Origin: Batkoa obscura
Taxonomy: Eukaryota
NCBI GenBank assembly: GCA_030770535.1
Contig: JASVEC010000002.1
Coordinates: 248,001 to 312,000 of the forward strand
Direction of reading: 5' to 3'
DNA: 64,000 nt
Positions 21,250 through 34,595 of this stretch are shown in pieces (position 1 is the stretch's first letter; every line of letters begins with the position of its first letter). Both the position numbers and the translations under genes were made by a program. The notes beneath the pieces were generated by a model. It saw only the letters and a program-made list of their open reading frames with translations. It made no database searches and was not told the DNA's origin.

Positions 21250-24200
21250 TTTAAAAAATAGTAATGTTACAATATATTATGAGTTTGTTGTAATTTGTAT
21301 TATAAAATTTAGATATTTAATGCTTAATTCTTTTACTTTCTTTAAACTCAAGAGCAGCTTATTTATAGTTGAATTCAAATTACATCATTAGAAGAAACTT
21401 AGCTTGAAGCTAAACTCTATGTAGAATGTATTAAATTACAAAAATTTAAAAAATAACACGTAATCCTATTTTTATGTTTGGTCCAATATATAATTTAATA
21501 TATAAACGTTGCTGTAATTAGCACCAATAGCTAATTTTGTTAATAGAATTATTTCATAAGTTGATATCTATTTTATTGAACAGCTAAAATTTATTAAAGG
21601 TATAAAGATAGCATTTCGTCTGCAGTATATTGTATTAATAATATTTCTTATTTTATAAATTGAATACTTGAATTTAATTTTACTTTCTAAAATTAGTCAA
21701 TGCTACTTTAATAGAAGCCCACCAAGATCCAGTATACTAATTGTGCCTAATGCACTCACTATATTAGCCTTAAAGATGAATCTTTTGTTGTAAAAGCACA
21801 ATGTATATAACTCTGCATTATGCTTTCCTAAATCTGTGTTTGATTTTCTTTACTAATGATATTTATTCCAAATGGATGTATTGGAATTTTTTTCCTGCAA
21901 TATGATAATCTGTAATCCGAACAATTCAAAATCAAACCCTAATGAAAGAATATCCGAAAATTAGGATAAACCTTTTGTAAATGTTTCCAGAAAAGTAGTC
22001 AACTATTAATTCCATGCAAATGTTACAACTCCATTTAACCTAATTTGCAATAACTTTTGGAAAAAATTAGTTGCTTTTTAGCTTTCTTAGAGCCTAATCT
22101 ATAAAATAAGCATGATTTTAGTAAACTTTTACTTTTAAATGAACAGCTAGTTAGGTCGCAATAGAATTACAGCATTTGTAATAGATATGAAATTTTGCTC
22201 AGAATAAATTCACTCAATTTGTACATTTTAATTTTGCTCAAACTAAGCTAGCTTATTGTATATAGATTATTAATTTACAAAACTATAGTTTAATGATTCA
22301 TTTAAAAAATTTGCGAGACTTACTAATTAACAAAATAAACTTACCTTGCTTATTTTAACTTTACTTTTCTTATTTTGAAATACTTTATAAATAAGGCTAT
22401 ATTAGTTAACTGTAAGCAAATATTATATGACTACATTTTGAAACTTTAGATGATATTTGAAAAATTAGTATTTCTCAAAATGTGAACAAGTATTCTTATA
22501 TTGTAAAATTTATATTTGCTAGTATCGATGTTACTAACAAAAACTTAAACCATTAATGCAAATGTAAATTAAAATAAATGCTTGTTAGGGTTGATTATCC
22601 TAATTATAGATTTATATTTAACTAAAATACCATTATCTAATGATTTGCTATATTAATAAAACTAACAGAAGTAAACAATATATTATGGTACTAGTATTAT
22701 ATTTCAATTTCTTTAAAATAATAGTAGCAATCTTATTTTGACACTTTGAACTAAAATAGTCATCTTTATAGTACTAATATGTTGATTTTTAAACAAATTG
22801 ATAATTTGATTCACCTTGACAGTTCATTTTCAGTTTTTTTAAATTTAATACAAATATGGTGTTGTATTTAATTAAAATGTACATATCGCTTTCATGTTTC
22901 CTATTATTTAAATGGTGAGATAATCAATATCTAATTAAAGTTTCTTTATAAATACTTTTTCATAGCTTTAGTATGTCCCTATTATTACTATTATCATGAA
23001 AAAATATGCTATTTATAGTCGGAGAAAGTTAAAATGTGTCCTATAAGAGCTTGAAGTATAGAGATAATTTTGTTAATTAGTTCTTAGTAATAATTACCTT
23101 TTTTTGGGTATCTATAACAATACATTCCCTATTGGATGATTAAGATTAAATTAAGATTAAATTTTCTGTAGTGTCCACTAGAATGAAAAAATGGATTTTA
23201 ATTATTTTTATGGTATATACGGTTTTATGAAGAAAGGCTCTATTATGCAAAGTATAATAGAACTAAGATACAGTAACCTCGCTACCAACTAGTTATAAAC
23301 TGCCAGCTTTTAATATCAATTTCCACTTTCCTAAGGAATTTATATAACATCAGTGTTTTTCTAGCTTCTTTTATAACGTTTTGGGTTCAAATTATTAATA
23401 CAATTTACTGATTTGAACGTAAAATGTTATATCAGTAAGCATGGCAATTTTTCTCATCCACTACAAGTTATAACTAAGAAGAAATAGCATCCAAATTAAT
23501 GCCATTGTATATATTAACCACTAATGAAGATATCCGCAAAACCTCAAAAATAAAGTCAAAACATGGCATTTATTCTATAAAAGTTGTAAAAAAATAAATA
23601 TATGAGTTTAAGAATACATGCCGCTGTTTATTGAAAAATATTGCTTTATAGGCCTAAATTAATATTTCATTATAACTAGAGTTAGTAAGTTTGAATTGTT
23701 GAATATCAATTGAGATATTATTATTAATATGGCTAAAAAACGATAAACTTTTATTTAAGCTTATAAGTCATATTTTCAGAGTCATTTCTTTATGTCTATT
23801 GAAGCTCAATACGTATTCTAAATTAATCGTATTAGGTGTCAAAAGGTTTTGTTTATTTTGTTGGAATTATTGTTTGTTTGTTTATTTGTTTAACACTTTA
23901 TTGAGTTGTAGAGACGATGCTTTAAAAGAAGGATTTAAGCGAAGTATATTGAGTTTACTACTGCTTGATAATGAGTACGATTTTTTATTAAGATATTCAA
24001 TATTAAATTCACCCATGAAACTTTTCTCAAACTTAACATATTATAATACTACAGAGAATGTTAAGAACTACCTTCACAAAAATATTTCACTGTATAACTC
24101 ATGTTGTTATAGCTTTTAATTATGTGATCTGCTATCGAGCCACTTGGAAGCTAGTTCTTTTTCAGGAATTTCAAAGCTGTCATTCTATACTCTAATATCC

Positions 24201-24363
24201 CAGATTTAACATATCACACTTCTTTTCCATTTAGTCTTTTTATTGTAAATTTAAAACTGGAAATGTATTTCTTGATCTATTTGTATCCTATAATACCATA
24301 AATTATGTTTTTTAGCTTAGAAATAAAGGTAAGGCTTATATCATTAGTTTTATTCTAGCATAT

Positions 24364-24465
24364 GGGGATGTATTTTTGTGTTTAAGAATTCTGCTAACAA
24401 ATTTTCCGCTTAAATAGCGCTTAGAAGATAGAAAAAAAATGTCAAAACCAAAAAAAAACATCCCC
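24364..24465 (+). mobile_element. MITE copy
   Basis: GGGGATG..CATCCCC, ATAT flanks. Confidence 0.9.
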
Positions 24466-25004
24466 ATATAATATTTCAAAATTAGAGCTTTGTTAAATTG
24501 TTTATAACAAATAAATATAAAGCAACAATTCTATATTAATATATGTTCTTAACAGCTTATTAATTTCTTTAGCATATATATTATTTGATTACATACTCTG
24601 ATACGCTATGACTCAAAAGGTAAGCAGGCTTAGTAATAGTTCAAACTTTGAATATTTCCTATTTAATATAATGTTTTATTTAATAACTATCACTATAGGC
24701 ATCTCTGTTTTTGATAATGTACTAAAATGATATCATACTATTTTATAAAGCCTAATATTAATACAGTTTATATAAGAAATGCTAATTTGAAAACTAACCA
24801 TATCAACATAACTAGAGTTATTACATCCTATACCTGGAAAGCTTTATTTTTTATTAAATACAAAAAAGAGAAAGTAAAAGTGTTTTGAAATAGAATTTTT
24901 ATAAATAAAATCCTATAATTCTTATTCTTTAATAAACTATTATGTAAAAATAAAGATAAAATACCCAAAAAGTTAAAAAATATATAAAAAGGCCATCAAG
25001 TTAT

Positions 25005-25097
25005 GGGTATGTGTTTTGTATTTAAGAATTTTAGTAATAATTTTTTCACTCAAATAGTGCTTAAAAGATGGAAAAGTGATCAAGCTAAAAAAACCCC
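25005..25097 (+). mobile_element. MITE copy
   Basis: Consensus match; TTAT on both flanks. Confidence 0.85.
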
Positions 25098-25540
25098 TTA
25101 TGGTAAAGTGGTAATTGAATAATTAGAATATAATTTCTATAAAAGGTAGTTTTAATTTTTTTTTACTAAATTCATTTATTTGTTTCTAATACATTTTTAA
25201 TACTTATCAATTGTGTTATCCCTGCTATAATATTATTAATTAATAGTTAATTTATTTAAAATTATTTTATATATATTTACTTATTTCAAAAAGTACTATT
25301 TAACTCAATCAAACGAATGTTTATTTTCTAAATTCAAATAATAGATGGCACTTTTTAAGTATTAACTAAAGTACCATCTCATCCCATTTAGAATTTTTAA
25401 AGCTTATTCTAAATAAGAAAAGCAAAAATAGTCATCTTAATAGAAAACAATCTTTTTTCAATAGCTCAATTAACCACAAGTCAGAATGTGTAGCTTTGTT
25501 ATATAACTTTACATAAATGATGCTAGAACTGTCTCAATAT

Positions 25541-25632
25541 GGGGATATATTTTTAAAGAATTTATCACCAATCTTCCCGCTCAAATACTGCTTAAAAAAT
25601 GGAAAAAGTGATGAAACCAAAAAAAAATCCCC
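25541..25632 (+). mobile_element. MITE copy (small internal deletion)
   Basis: GGGGATA..ATCCCC, ATAT flanks. Confidence 0.88.
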
Positions 25633-26301
25633 ATATGTTAAACAGATATATTACAAACCTATAGATAAGGACGTAAAGTAAAGGCTGATTTATTCTTTTG
25701 GGATTAGAGTAAAAAATTGTGATTAGGAATGATATTAATTTGCATTAGAAAATTGTTAAAAAATGGTAATTTTTTATGGTTGAGAGTGGAATATTTGATG
25801 ATAGGCACTTGTTCTCTTATGATCGTAAATAACGGGTTTACCTTCATTTCTTTATAAAAAAAGCTAAAAGGATTCAAAAGGTACATTGTATAGCAAGCCA
25901 AATGCTTTTCAATTGTTTTTTATACCACTAAAATAAGTTATAGTGGTACCAAGAAAATTGTCTCCGTATTAGAAATAACAAACTAGAACAAAATAATACA
26001 AAGTAAAACATTATTGGGGAAAAATAAATGAATGAATTACTAAGGGATAAGAGTATAGGCTGAAAGGAGGGGAAGGATCGAAAATGATTGGCTGGGAGAA
26101 ATTTTGAGTTAATCAACTATTAACTTTTTGAGAACAAAGTAAATTTGAAAATAATTCTTGAAGTCTGTAAATAGTAATTCCAGGATGGTGGTATATAAAG
26201 CCTCTCAATCAACGTATCCTCCACTGATTTATTTTTTTATTAAAACTATAATACCTAATCTTTAAAAAGTATATCATACTGATATAATTAATATATATAA
26301 C

Positions 26302-27498
26302 ATGATTAATAACAAATTAATATTTTCAATTTTTTTTGCTTCTATAATTAATGCTCAAAAATGTCTTCGCGGTAATGCACAAGGTACTGAAGTAAGCATG
26401 GAAGTAGCTCCACCCTGCTGGCTTGATCAGCCAGCTGGGCTACCACTTTGTTTTGAGCTAACAAACGGCGCTTGTCCATCTTGGCCTGGAATTTACAACA
26501 TCAAGGACAAAAAGCCCAAAAGAAAATGTAGAGGTAAAGGTAAAGCTCAAGGTCAAGGTCAAGTTAAAACTCCGGCCCCAGCTGAACTCTCCATTCCAGT
26601 TGAAAATCATGATTCGACTCCAGAGACGAATTTACCTCAACAAGAAAATAAAAAGCAACCAAAATATCGAACCCTTGAGCCAATTTCACCTCCAGAACAA
26701 AAGGAAGACCAACCAAAATATCAACAACCTGAACCAATTGCTGGGGAGTGTAACTTACCAACCGATGAAAACATCATTCCTATTACCCCTAAGCAAATGA
26801 ATCGTGGTTGGGCAATGAGTCCTGATCAAGGATGTAAAATTGGAGGATGGTGCCCATACGCATGCAAAGCTGGTTATTACTCAGCACAATATGATGAAAG
26901 TGCAAGGGTTCAAGGACCACAAGCCGGATCAATGAATGGAGGATTAAAATGTGAACAAGGTGGTAAACTAACCAAACCATTTGCCGACCGTCCATATTGT
27001 TTACCTGGTATGATGAATGTTCATATTGATAACAGATTAGATGGTCAAGTCTCTTTATGTCAAACAACTTACCCTGGGAATGAAGCAATGTTGATCCCTA
27101 CCGTTGCTAAACCTGGAAACCTTCAAGTTATCAATACCCCTCCCCAAACCTACTGGCAAAGTACCTCTGCACATTATTATGTTAATCCAGTAAATTCATC
27201 TCAAGATGAATGTATATGGGGAGAAAAATCAAAGGCCATTGGTAATTGGGCTCCATTTATCGTTGGTTCAAACGAAGGCTTCGAAGGCAATACATTTGTT
27301 ATGATTACTGTTAATCCCGAGTTTATCTCTGCAGGACTTCAATCTACAATTGGTGACTATTATAAAATGCGTATCGAGTGTGATGATGGTGCCTGTAACG
27401 GTGCTCCCTGCGAAATTGTCGTCAGTGATCCAGCTGGCAAGAACTGTGTCGTGACTGTACCTAAGAATGCTAAAGCTAGGGTTGTCTTCACCCATTAA
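26302..27498 (+). CDS. Secreted SUN-family (GH132) protein, Adg3/group-II-like, with Cys-rich N-terminal module
   Basis: Signal peptide; GWAMSPDQ, CPYAC, SMNGGLKC, YPGNEAMLIPT, HYYVNP, CIWG, IGNWAP. Confidence 0.9.
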   Translation: MINNKLIFSIFFASIINAQKCLRGNAQGTEVSMEVAPPCWLDQPAGLPLCFELTNGACPSWPGIYNIKDKKPKRKCRGKGKAQGQGQVKTPAPAELSIPVENHDSTPETNLPQQENKKQPKYRTLEPISPPEQKEDQPKYQQPEPIAGECNLPTDENIIPITPKQMNRGWAMSPDQGCKIGGWCPYACKAGYYSAQYDESARVQGPQAGSMNGGLKCEQGGKLTKPFADRPYCLPGMMNVHIDNRLDGQVSLCQTTYPGNEAMLIPTVAKPGNLQVINTPPQTYWQSTSAHYYVNPVNSSQDECIWGEKSKAIGNWAPFIVGSNEGFEGNTFVMITVNPEFISAGLQSTIGDYYKMRIECDDGACNGAPCEIVVSDPAGKNCVVTVPKNAKARVVFTH

Positions 27499-29244
27499 CT
27501 TTATTTTGAAATTGAAAAACTTAATATTGTATAGCTTTCATTTGAACACAGATTCTCCTTATTTTATTTATTCAATAAAATATCAAAAAAATTAATGTTA
27601 GTTTAGTCTATTAAAGGATTTTAAATTTGTAATATCATTCTTTAATAATTGTAAATATACACTAGTATGAAGAATTTTGATTTTTACATTACATATCACT
27701 AAATTATCTTATGGTATGTCAATTTTGAAAAAGATAATGTAGCTTCATTAAAATATGGTTTGGTTTCCAACATGCTCCAAAAATTGATTCTTATTGAGAA
27801 CACTACTCTTACTACTGTTTGACCTCTTTTAGGGCTTTTAGTGGTAATTTTTATAGCCAAATTATTTGCATAGCCAATTTTTTATATCTGATTCATATAT
27901 TATCTGGATTTAAGCATAATTTTTTCCTAAAAGAGTATTTATTTAGGTCACAAACGAGCTGCAATAGCTTTATTCTATATTGAAATTAATTGAAAATATA
28001 GAACTAATATAGGCTATAATTTTTTTAAAATTATATCATAAAAAACATGGTTAATGAAAATAAAAAGTCCAAATATAACAAGTAATGATAGACATACTTT
28101 TATAAGTATATAAAAATGAACTAGTGATTTATTTGTCATTGGGATGAATCCGAGCAATTTAAAGTTCAAGAGTACATTACTTTATTACAATATTAACAGT
28201 AAAAATAGTAAACAAATGCGCTAATAAGAAAGTATAAGAGATGAAATTTAAAAAAGCTTTAATGGTAAAATATATATGGAAACTATAAATTCTTTGTTTT
28301 TAAAGATCAATCTCAATTTCAAACATTCAGGTGTTTTTTAATCACAAATCTATATAGCATTATCTTAAATTAATCTTAAAAAATGAACAAATAATTTAGA
28401 AAAAACATCCGTTTATTTTATCTTATGAATGGAAACTGAGTTATTTTAACTTTATTATAGAAACATTGTTTTAGCACTTTCTAGCTATCGTGTTTTATTG
28501 TGATATTTAATTATATATAGTCTATCCTTTAAAACAATAGATTTTGATTTTTACAAACTATCTATAGCATGATTTATCTTATTTCATTTGATAGTTATAT
28601 AAAATTAGTTATTGTTAATAAAATAGAAATGTTTTTAATTAAGTTCAGATTTACTTGCAATAAATTACTTTTAGAAATTACTATCAATTATGAGTGTATA
28701 TTTTAAAGTCTATTAACACAATTATTACTACTTTTTCATTTTTATCAATATACTAATTGATAAGTTTCATTAATTTAATAATAGCTTTTGAAACCGCATA
28801 GTTTAAAACTTACTTTTATTCTTAATCGTAGATTTAAATTAGTTTTATTTTTTTAATACTCTAACTTTAATTTATAAATTAAATAAAAATAAACTATAAT
28901 ATGACATATAATTTTAAGACATATTCCTTATTGAGATCAAAATATAATTAGATGGTAGCATTTTTTTACATTTCTTAGATCATTTTTAAGCCTCTATTAG
29001 TTTTGAAGTCTAATTATTTTTATAAAGTGACATCATCCTTCTTTCATCAAACTTTAGCCACCTACCAAACCAACAATTAACTAACATCCTCTTAATAAAT
29101 GAGATCGATTTATTTGATGATGTTAAACATTAAAATAAAACTGAAACTAGATCAAGTATAATATGATTATTTATGACGAAATGAAAAACATTCATTCATA
29201 AAAAGTATAAATAGGCTGCTATTTGAATTTTTAAAATATATAAA

Positions 29245-31668
29245 ATGCCCGAAATTGTAAAATCTGATAAACATACTCTTAATCCACAACAATCTCTTAA
29301 AGCATCTAGAGGTCCATTAACTCATAATGAACCAGGTGCTCCTTCTGAAGCAACTACAGCCTCCTACCTTAAAGCAACTTCAAGCGAAAGTACTGACATT
29401 CTCGAAAAAAGGTTAGAGTCCTGGAGAACTGTTGTAAAAGACTTAATTAACTACTTTGATGAAATTTCCGACACTGAGCTTTCCACAAGCAAAGGTTTAG
29501 AGAAGTCATCCACTTACATTGATGTACCTTTTAAGGAAGCTCATTTTTTTGGTGATGACTCTAAGCCTGGTGTACAAAACTTATTAGCTCAAATTCGTAA
29601 CCATTCCCACCAACAGTCCCTTTATTATCGAAATTCGTCCGAAAATATTACTAATGTAACTATTAAGGATTTAAAGCAATTAAGGGATGATATTAAATAT
29701 CGTATTAAAGAGGTAAAGAGCGATTATAATTCTCTTAATTCTAAATTAGCTAGAACTAGAGATAATTCTATCTCACACTTTAAAAGTCTTAGTCGTGCAA
29801 CAACTGACCGTGAGGATGCTACTTCCGCTGATAACGATCCATGGCTTGTAAACCACAGCTTTCAAAGACAGCTTCATAAAGATGTAAATGAAGAGAATAA
29901 TTACAATAGAACCATTGAGAACTCTATTAAAAGTTTAGAAAACTTTGAAGAGAGCATTGTTTCTAGAATCAAACAAATCATTGATCAGTATTACACTGAT
30001 AAATCTAAAGGTAACTTAAGTTTCGATCAACAAGCCGAGGTCATAAGACAGCTTTCTAATAGTTTCGATAATGGAACTGAATGGAGAGCCTTTGGCGAAA
30101 GAAACCCAGATATTGTCCCTGTTGCTCCAGCTAAAGTTCGTACCGTTGAAGACTTACAGCAGCCATTTAAGGAATCAGGATTATTGGAAACAATAAGAAC
30201 TGGCGTCTTGGAACGCAAATCAGGAATTGGAATGTTTAAATCATGGAAAGAATACTTCTTTGTTCTAACTGGTAGTGGGTTCCTTCATGCTTTCTCAAGC
30301 TCTGATTATCATAATCAAAAGGAGCCAGATTTTTCTATCCCACTTCGTAAAGCTACTTTAACTCCACACTTAGAAGACAAAAAGGACTCTCCATATGCAT
30401 TTGAAGTTACTGATCAATCTTCTGGAGGCGTCTTCAGCAGTGAAAAAACCTATTTACTCCGTGCCAATAATCAAAGTGATTTGGATGCCTGGTATAAAGA
30501 TTTATCTATGAGAGCTGATAGAACCCTTAGTGTACATAGTGATCGCAGTGGTGTTTCTCCATATGCAGTAGGTGCAGGTGCTGCAGCTGTTGCGGGTACT
30601 GCAGGTGCCGCTGCAGCAAATAGACATCATTCAACAAAAGATACAGGTATCCCCTATGATAATTTAGAAGCTTCAGCTACTAGTAATGCTCCACCCCACA
30701 CAGCTAGAACATCTGGTGTAAATCAAGGTGCGTTAGATAGTCTTGCCACTGCATCTCCAACTGCTGTGTCTGGACTTGATAATACTACTCATCATAACCA
30801 GTCCAATCCCGCCGTACAAGGTCAATCTCATTTGACTCAGGGAGCACCTTTAGGTACTGCTACTAGTGAAGCAAGGCCATTACATAATGTTTCAACTGCC
30901 ACAGCTACTGGAGCAGCAATGACTGGGGCAGGAGTGAATGAAACTCATAATATTAGAAATCATCCAGAAGGCACTTCAAGCAATCTTAGATCTGGAGCAG
31001 CTATGACCGGAGCAGCTATGACCGGAGCAGCAATGAATGAAGCTCATAACGCTAGAAACCACCCAGAAGGTACCTCAAGCAACCTTAGATCTGGAGCAGG
31101 TATGACTGGAGCAGGTATGAGTGAAGCTCATAATGTTAGAAGTCACCCAGAAGGTACCTCAAGCAGCCTTAGACCTGGAGCAGGTATGGATGAAACTTAT
31201 AATGTTAGGGGTCATTCAGATGATACTTCAAGTAATCTTAGATCTGGAACAGGTATAGCCGAAACTCACAATCTTAGAAACCATCCAGAAGGCTCAGGAA
31301 ATGATATTTACCGTAAATCTCTTGCAGCTGCAGGAATGGGCGCTGCAGGAGGTGCTGCAGCTAGTTCCATGGTGTCTGGCCATAGAGCAGATGATGCTCA
31401 AAGAATGGCAGCTAGTGAAACTCCCAATTTGACCTCTCAAAGAAGTCTAAATAATCGTAGCTCTACTGAAGCCATATATGATGGTGATGGTCTCATGACT
31501 GATGAACAAAAGCGTAATGCAGCTATTATAGGTAATACTCCAAAGTTTGATCAAGCACAAAATAGCTACCCAGATCAAGTAACTATCACTGCTCAAGGTC
31601 AAGAAAGAATCTATGTACCTTTAGACCCTAACAGTGCCGAAAATCGACCAGCTGGGCCCATGCCATAA
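29245..31668 (+). CDS. Slm1/2-like BAR-PH domain protein with repetitive disordered tail
   Basis: Helical N-terminal region with RLESWR and DPWL; PH domain (GVLERKS..WKEYFFVLT.SGFLH..YLLRA..W); low-complexity C-terminus. Confidence 0.8.
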   Translation: MPEIVKSDKHTLNPQQSLKASRGPLTHNEPGAPSEATTASYLKATSSESTDILEKRLESWRTVVKDLINYFDEISDTELSTSKGLEKSSTYIDVPFKEAHFFGDDSKPGVQNLLAQIRNHSHQQSLYYRNSSENITNVTIKDLKQLRDDIKYRIKEVKSDYNSLNSKLARTRDNSISHFKSLSRATTDREDATSADNDPWLVNHSFQRQLHKDVNEENNYNRTIENSIKSLENFEESIVSRIKQIIDQYYTDKSKGNLSFDQQAEVIRQLSNSFDNGTEWRAFGERNPDIVPVAPAKVRTVEDLQQPFKESGLLETIRTGVLERKSGIGMFKSWKEYFFVLTGSGFLHAFSSSDYHNQKEPDFSIPLRKATLTPHLEDKKDSPYAFEVTDQSSGGVFSSEKTYLLRANNQSDLDAWYKDLSMRADRTLSVHSDRSGVSPYAVGAGAAAVAGTAGAAAANRHHSTKDTGIPYDNLEASATSNAPPHTARTSGVNQGALDSLATASPTAVSGLDNTTHHNQSNPAVQGQSHLTQGAPLGTATSEARPLHNVSTATATGAAMTGAGVNETHNIRNHPEGTSSNLRSGAAMTGAAMTGAAMNEAHNARNHPEGTSSNLRSGAGMTGAGMSEAHNVRSHPEGTSSSLRPGAGMDETYNVRGHSDDTSSNLRSGTGIAETHNLRNHPEGSGNDIYRKSLAAAGMGAAGGAAASSMVSGHRADDAQRMAASETPNLTSQRSLNNRSSTEAIYDGDGLMTDEQKRNAAIIGNTPKFDQAQNSYPDQVTITAQGQERIYVPLDPNSAENRPAGPMP
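30910..31295 (+). repeat. Coding tandem repeats (5 x ~23-aa unit plus GAAMT pentapeptides)
   Basis: GA[AG]MxExHNxRxHPEGTSSNLRS repeated five times; GGAGCAGCTATGACC-type 15-bp units interleaved. Confidence 0.85.
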
Positions 31669-31829
31669 TTTAATCTTAATTCTAACAATAAATGATATAC
31701 TTAAACATTTTGATATTTTACAGTTTTTTATTTGCTTGTATTTAATATGATAAAATAATAGACTTGAAATTATTTAAATAAAATGGAATTAAAAAAAATA
31801 TAAACAATATAAGAGTTACATTAAAAAAA

Positions 31830-34595
31830 TCAAAGTTTAAGTTCTGGGATCTTAAGCTCAGCAATATCGAGATAGTACTTAAGGCACTCTGGGTTAGCCA
31901 ATGTAGCAGTAGAGATACTTTCAATTGGAGTACCATTGATCAATTTTTTGACAGCCACCTCTACCTTTTTGCCGTTAACAGTATAGGGAATATCTGGAAC
32001 AGCTAAAATAATAGCAGGTACATGACGTGGGGATAATAAAGTTCTTATACGTAATCTCAAATTATTGATAAGTTCTTGAGTGAATTTTTGACCTTGTTTA
32101 AGTTTAAGAAATAGCACAACTCTTTCATCATCGCCAAACTTTTGACCAACCTGAGAAAAATTGTTAATTATAATAATGAATAAATTGAATTAAATTACCA
32201 CTAAACTATCTTCTAATTCAGTAAAATCTTCAACTAATAAAATTAGTTAGATATATTATTCTAAAATGAAACTATATTAAAAACTCACTGCAGTTGTAAA
32301 TTTCAGCGCTACCAAATCGAACACCTGCTGGATTTAAAGTACCATCACTGATGAAAAATGAATATCAATATTGTTGCAAAGATTAAATATGAAAACCTAC
32401 CTTCTTCCCAACATAAACACGCCACCGGTTTTTGAGTTAATCAATACGAAATCACCATGGTACCAAATACCTATTATTAATAATTAAGAACCTTATCTCC
32501 TCAACGCAAAAAAATTTTACCTTTAAATTGTTCAAAGTAAGCAGCAGTATATTTGGCATTGCCCTCATCATTCCAAAATTTAACTGGCATAGCAGGGAAT
32601 GCTTTAGTACATACTAAATCCCCACTACGATCTTCACCATGTACACCTTTTTCATCCCAACTTTCAATCTTCATACCAAGACAACGGCATTGGATCTCAC
32701 CTCGGTAAACTGGTAATGCTGTGCTATGTCCTGCAAACAAAGAACAAATGTCAGTACCACCTGTGATAGAACCTAAACAGAGGTCCTTGCTGATATATTT
32801 ATAAACATAATCATAATTTTCAGGTTTAAGGGGAGAACCAGTGGAGTATAAGGAGTGTAAAGAGGTCAATTGAAAGGTTTCATCTGAATAAAAAGTTAGT
32901 TATTGCGAATGTAAATATTGTTTTTATCACTTACTTGGCTTAACTTTAGCTTCTTGTAAAGATTGAATGTATTTAGCAGAAGTACCGAAGATAGTAATTC
33001 TTTATAACAAATTAAATTTAAGCTCTTAGTCAAAAACATGATAAAACCTACCTAAGCTTATCGACGAGCTCAAATAGCACATTAGGAGAAGGTTTGAACG
33101 GGGAGCCATCGTAAAGTACAATAGAAGCACCAACTGATAAACCAGAAACTAACCAATTCCACATCATCCATCCTGTCTAATAATGTTAAAAATCAGCATT
33201 TAAAACAGCAATATAAATATTAGTATTAAGAATTACTGTGGTATATTGAAAGAAGATATCCTTTTCACTCATATTACCGTGGATAATATGCTCTTTTTTA
33301 TGTTGAAGAAGCATACCCTTTAAAATTAAAAATTAAGCATTTTATAGTTATTTGGTTATATGTATCTTACCCCTGCTGTATGTACTAAACATTTAGGTTT
33401 ACCTAGTATATTACAATGATTAATACTATTTTTATTCTTTTCACATAACTAATATTACCAGTAGTTCCAGAAGAGAACAAAATGTATAATGGGTGATTAA
33501 ATGGTAATTGTTCAAAAGTTAAAGGCTCGTCATCTTGTGGTGAAATAAAATCGTTTAATATGACACTTTAGTAGTAAATATTATATTAATTATTGCTTAA
33601 AATAATAAGAACTAATTAAATTACCTATTTGCAATTTTTGATAAATCCATAGAATGCGATTCTACAAATGGGAATACAACTACTTTTTTTAACGAATTTA
33701 GGCCTAAAACAATCCATTAATATTAATATACTCTATTTATATTGTTCATGCTATTTTACCTGATACAACACTTTCTACTTTATTTAAATGATCGTGTACT
33801 TTTCCATTATAAACGATAGCATTTACTGAAAAAAGAACTTTTGGTTCAATTTGACTGAAACGATCTAAAACCCCCTAAAATAATATTTAAATTTACTAAT
33901 AGTATTTATAGAAAAAAACTCACATTAGTTCCAAAATCAGGTGAAGTTGAACTAAAAAATAAAATAAATATTAGGCACTAAATAATATTACTCAAACATA
34001 CCTCCAAATAGCTCCAAGACTAGTAACAGCTAGCATAAAAATGATAGTTTCTGGGCAATTTGGTAAATACCCAGCTACTCTATCACCAACAGTGATTCCC
34101 AACTTTTTCAAAGCTGAAGCCACTTGTCTAACTTTTTCATAAAGTTGAGCATAGCTTAATGAGCTAACTTCTCTCAACTCCCCAGCACCATAGATGGCAA
34201 CCTTATTTGGATCTCTACACCATAATAAATTCTCTGCAAAGTTGAGTCGGGAGCCTTCAAACCAAGTAGGTATTTCATTCATAGGTTGATTTTCATCAAC
34301 CACTTGGGTCCATGGTTTGCTACTGATTACGTGGGTGTATTCCCAAATATCCGCCCAAAAATCAGAGATCTTATCACAGGACCATTCATATAATTGATTG
34401 TAGTTTTCTTTTGTTTAAAGTTAGTAACATTCCCTTACTTTTAATCTGTAATATCCACTTACCAAGTTTGAGACCATGCTTTTGATTAACCCAAACACGA
34501 AATTTTTCCATATTATGGCTAGCTAAATCTTTAGGCTCCCACATCAGTTGTGGTGACTTGATGTCATATCCAAGTTTTTTGGTTGATACCATCAT
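31830..34595 (-). CDS. AACS: Acetoacetyl-CoA synthetase (acetoacetate-CoA ligase), about 14 introns
   Basis: [79 protein letters not shown] spread over short exons separated by ~50-bp introns. Confidence 0.92.

Noticed and set aside
21700..24300. Coding-like patches and ORF 23799..24119
   Set aside because: TTG start, no recognisable motif, many stops; possibly an old relic but not supportable.
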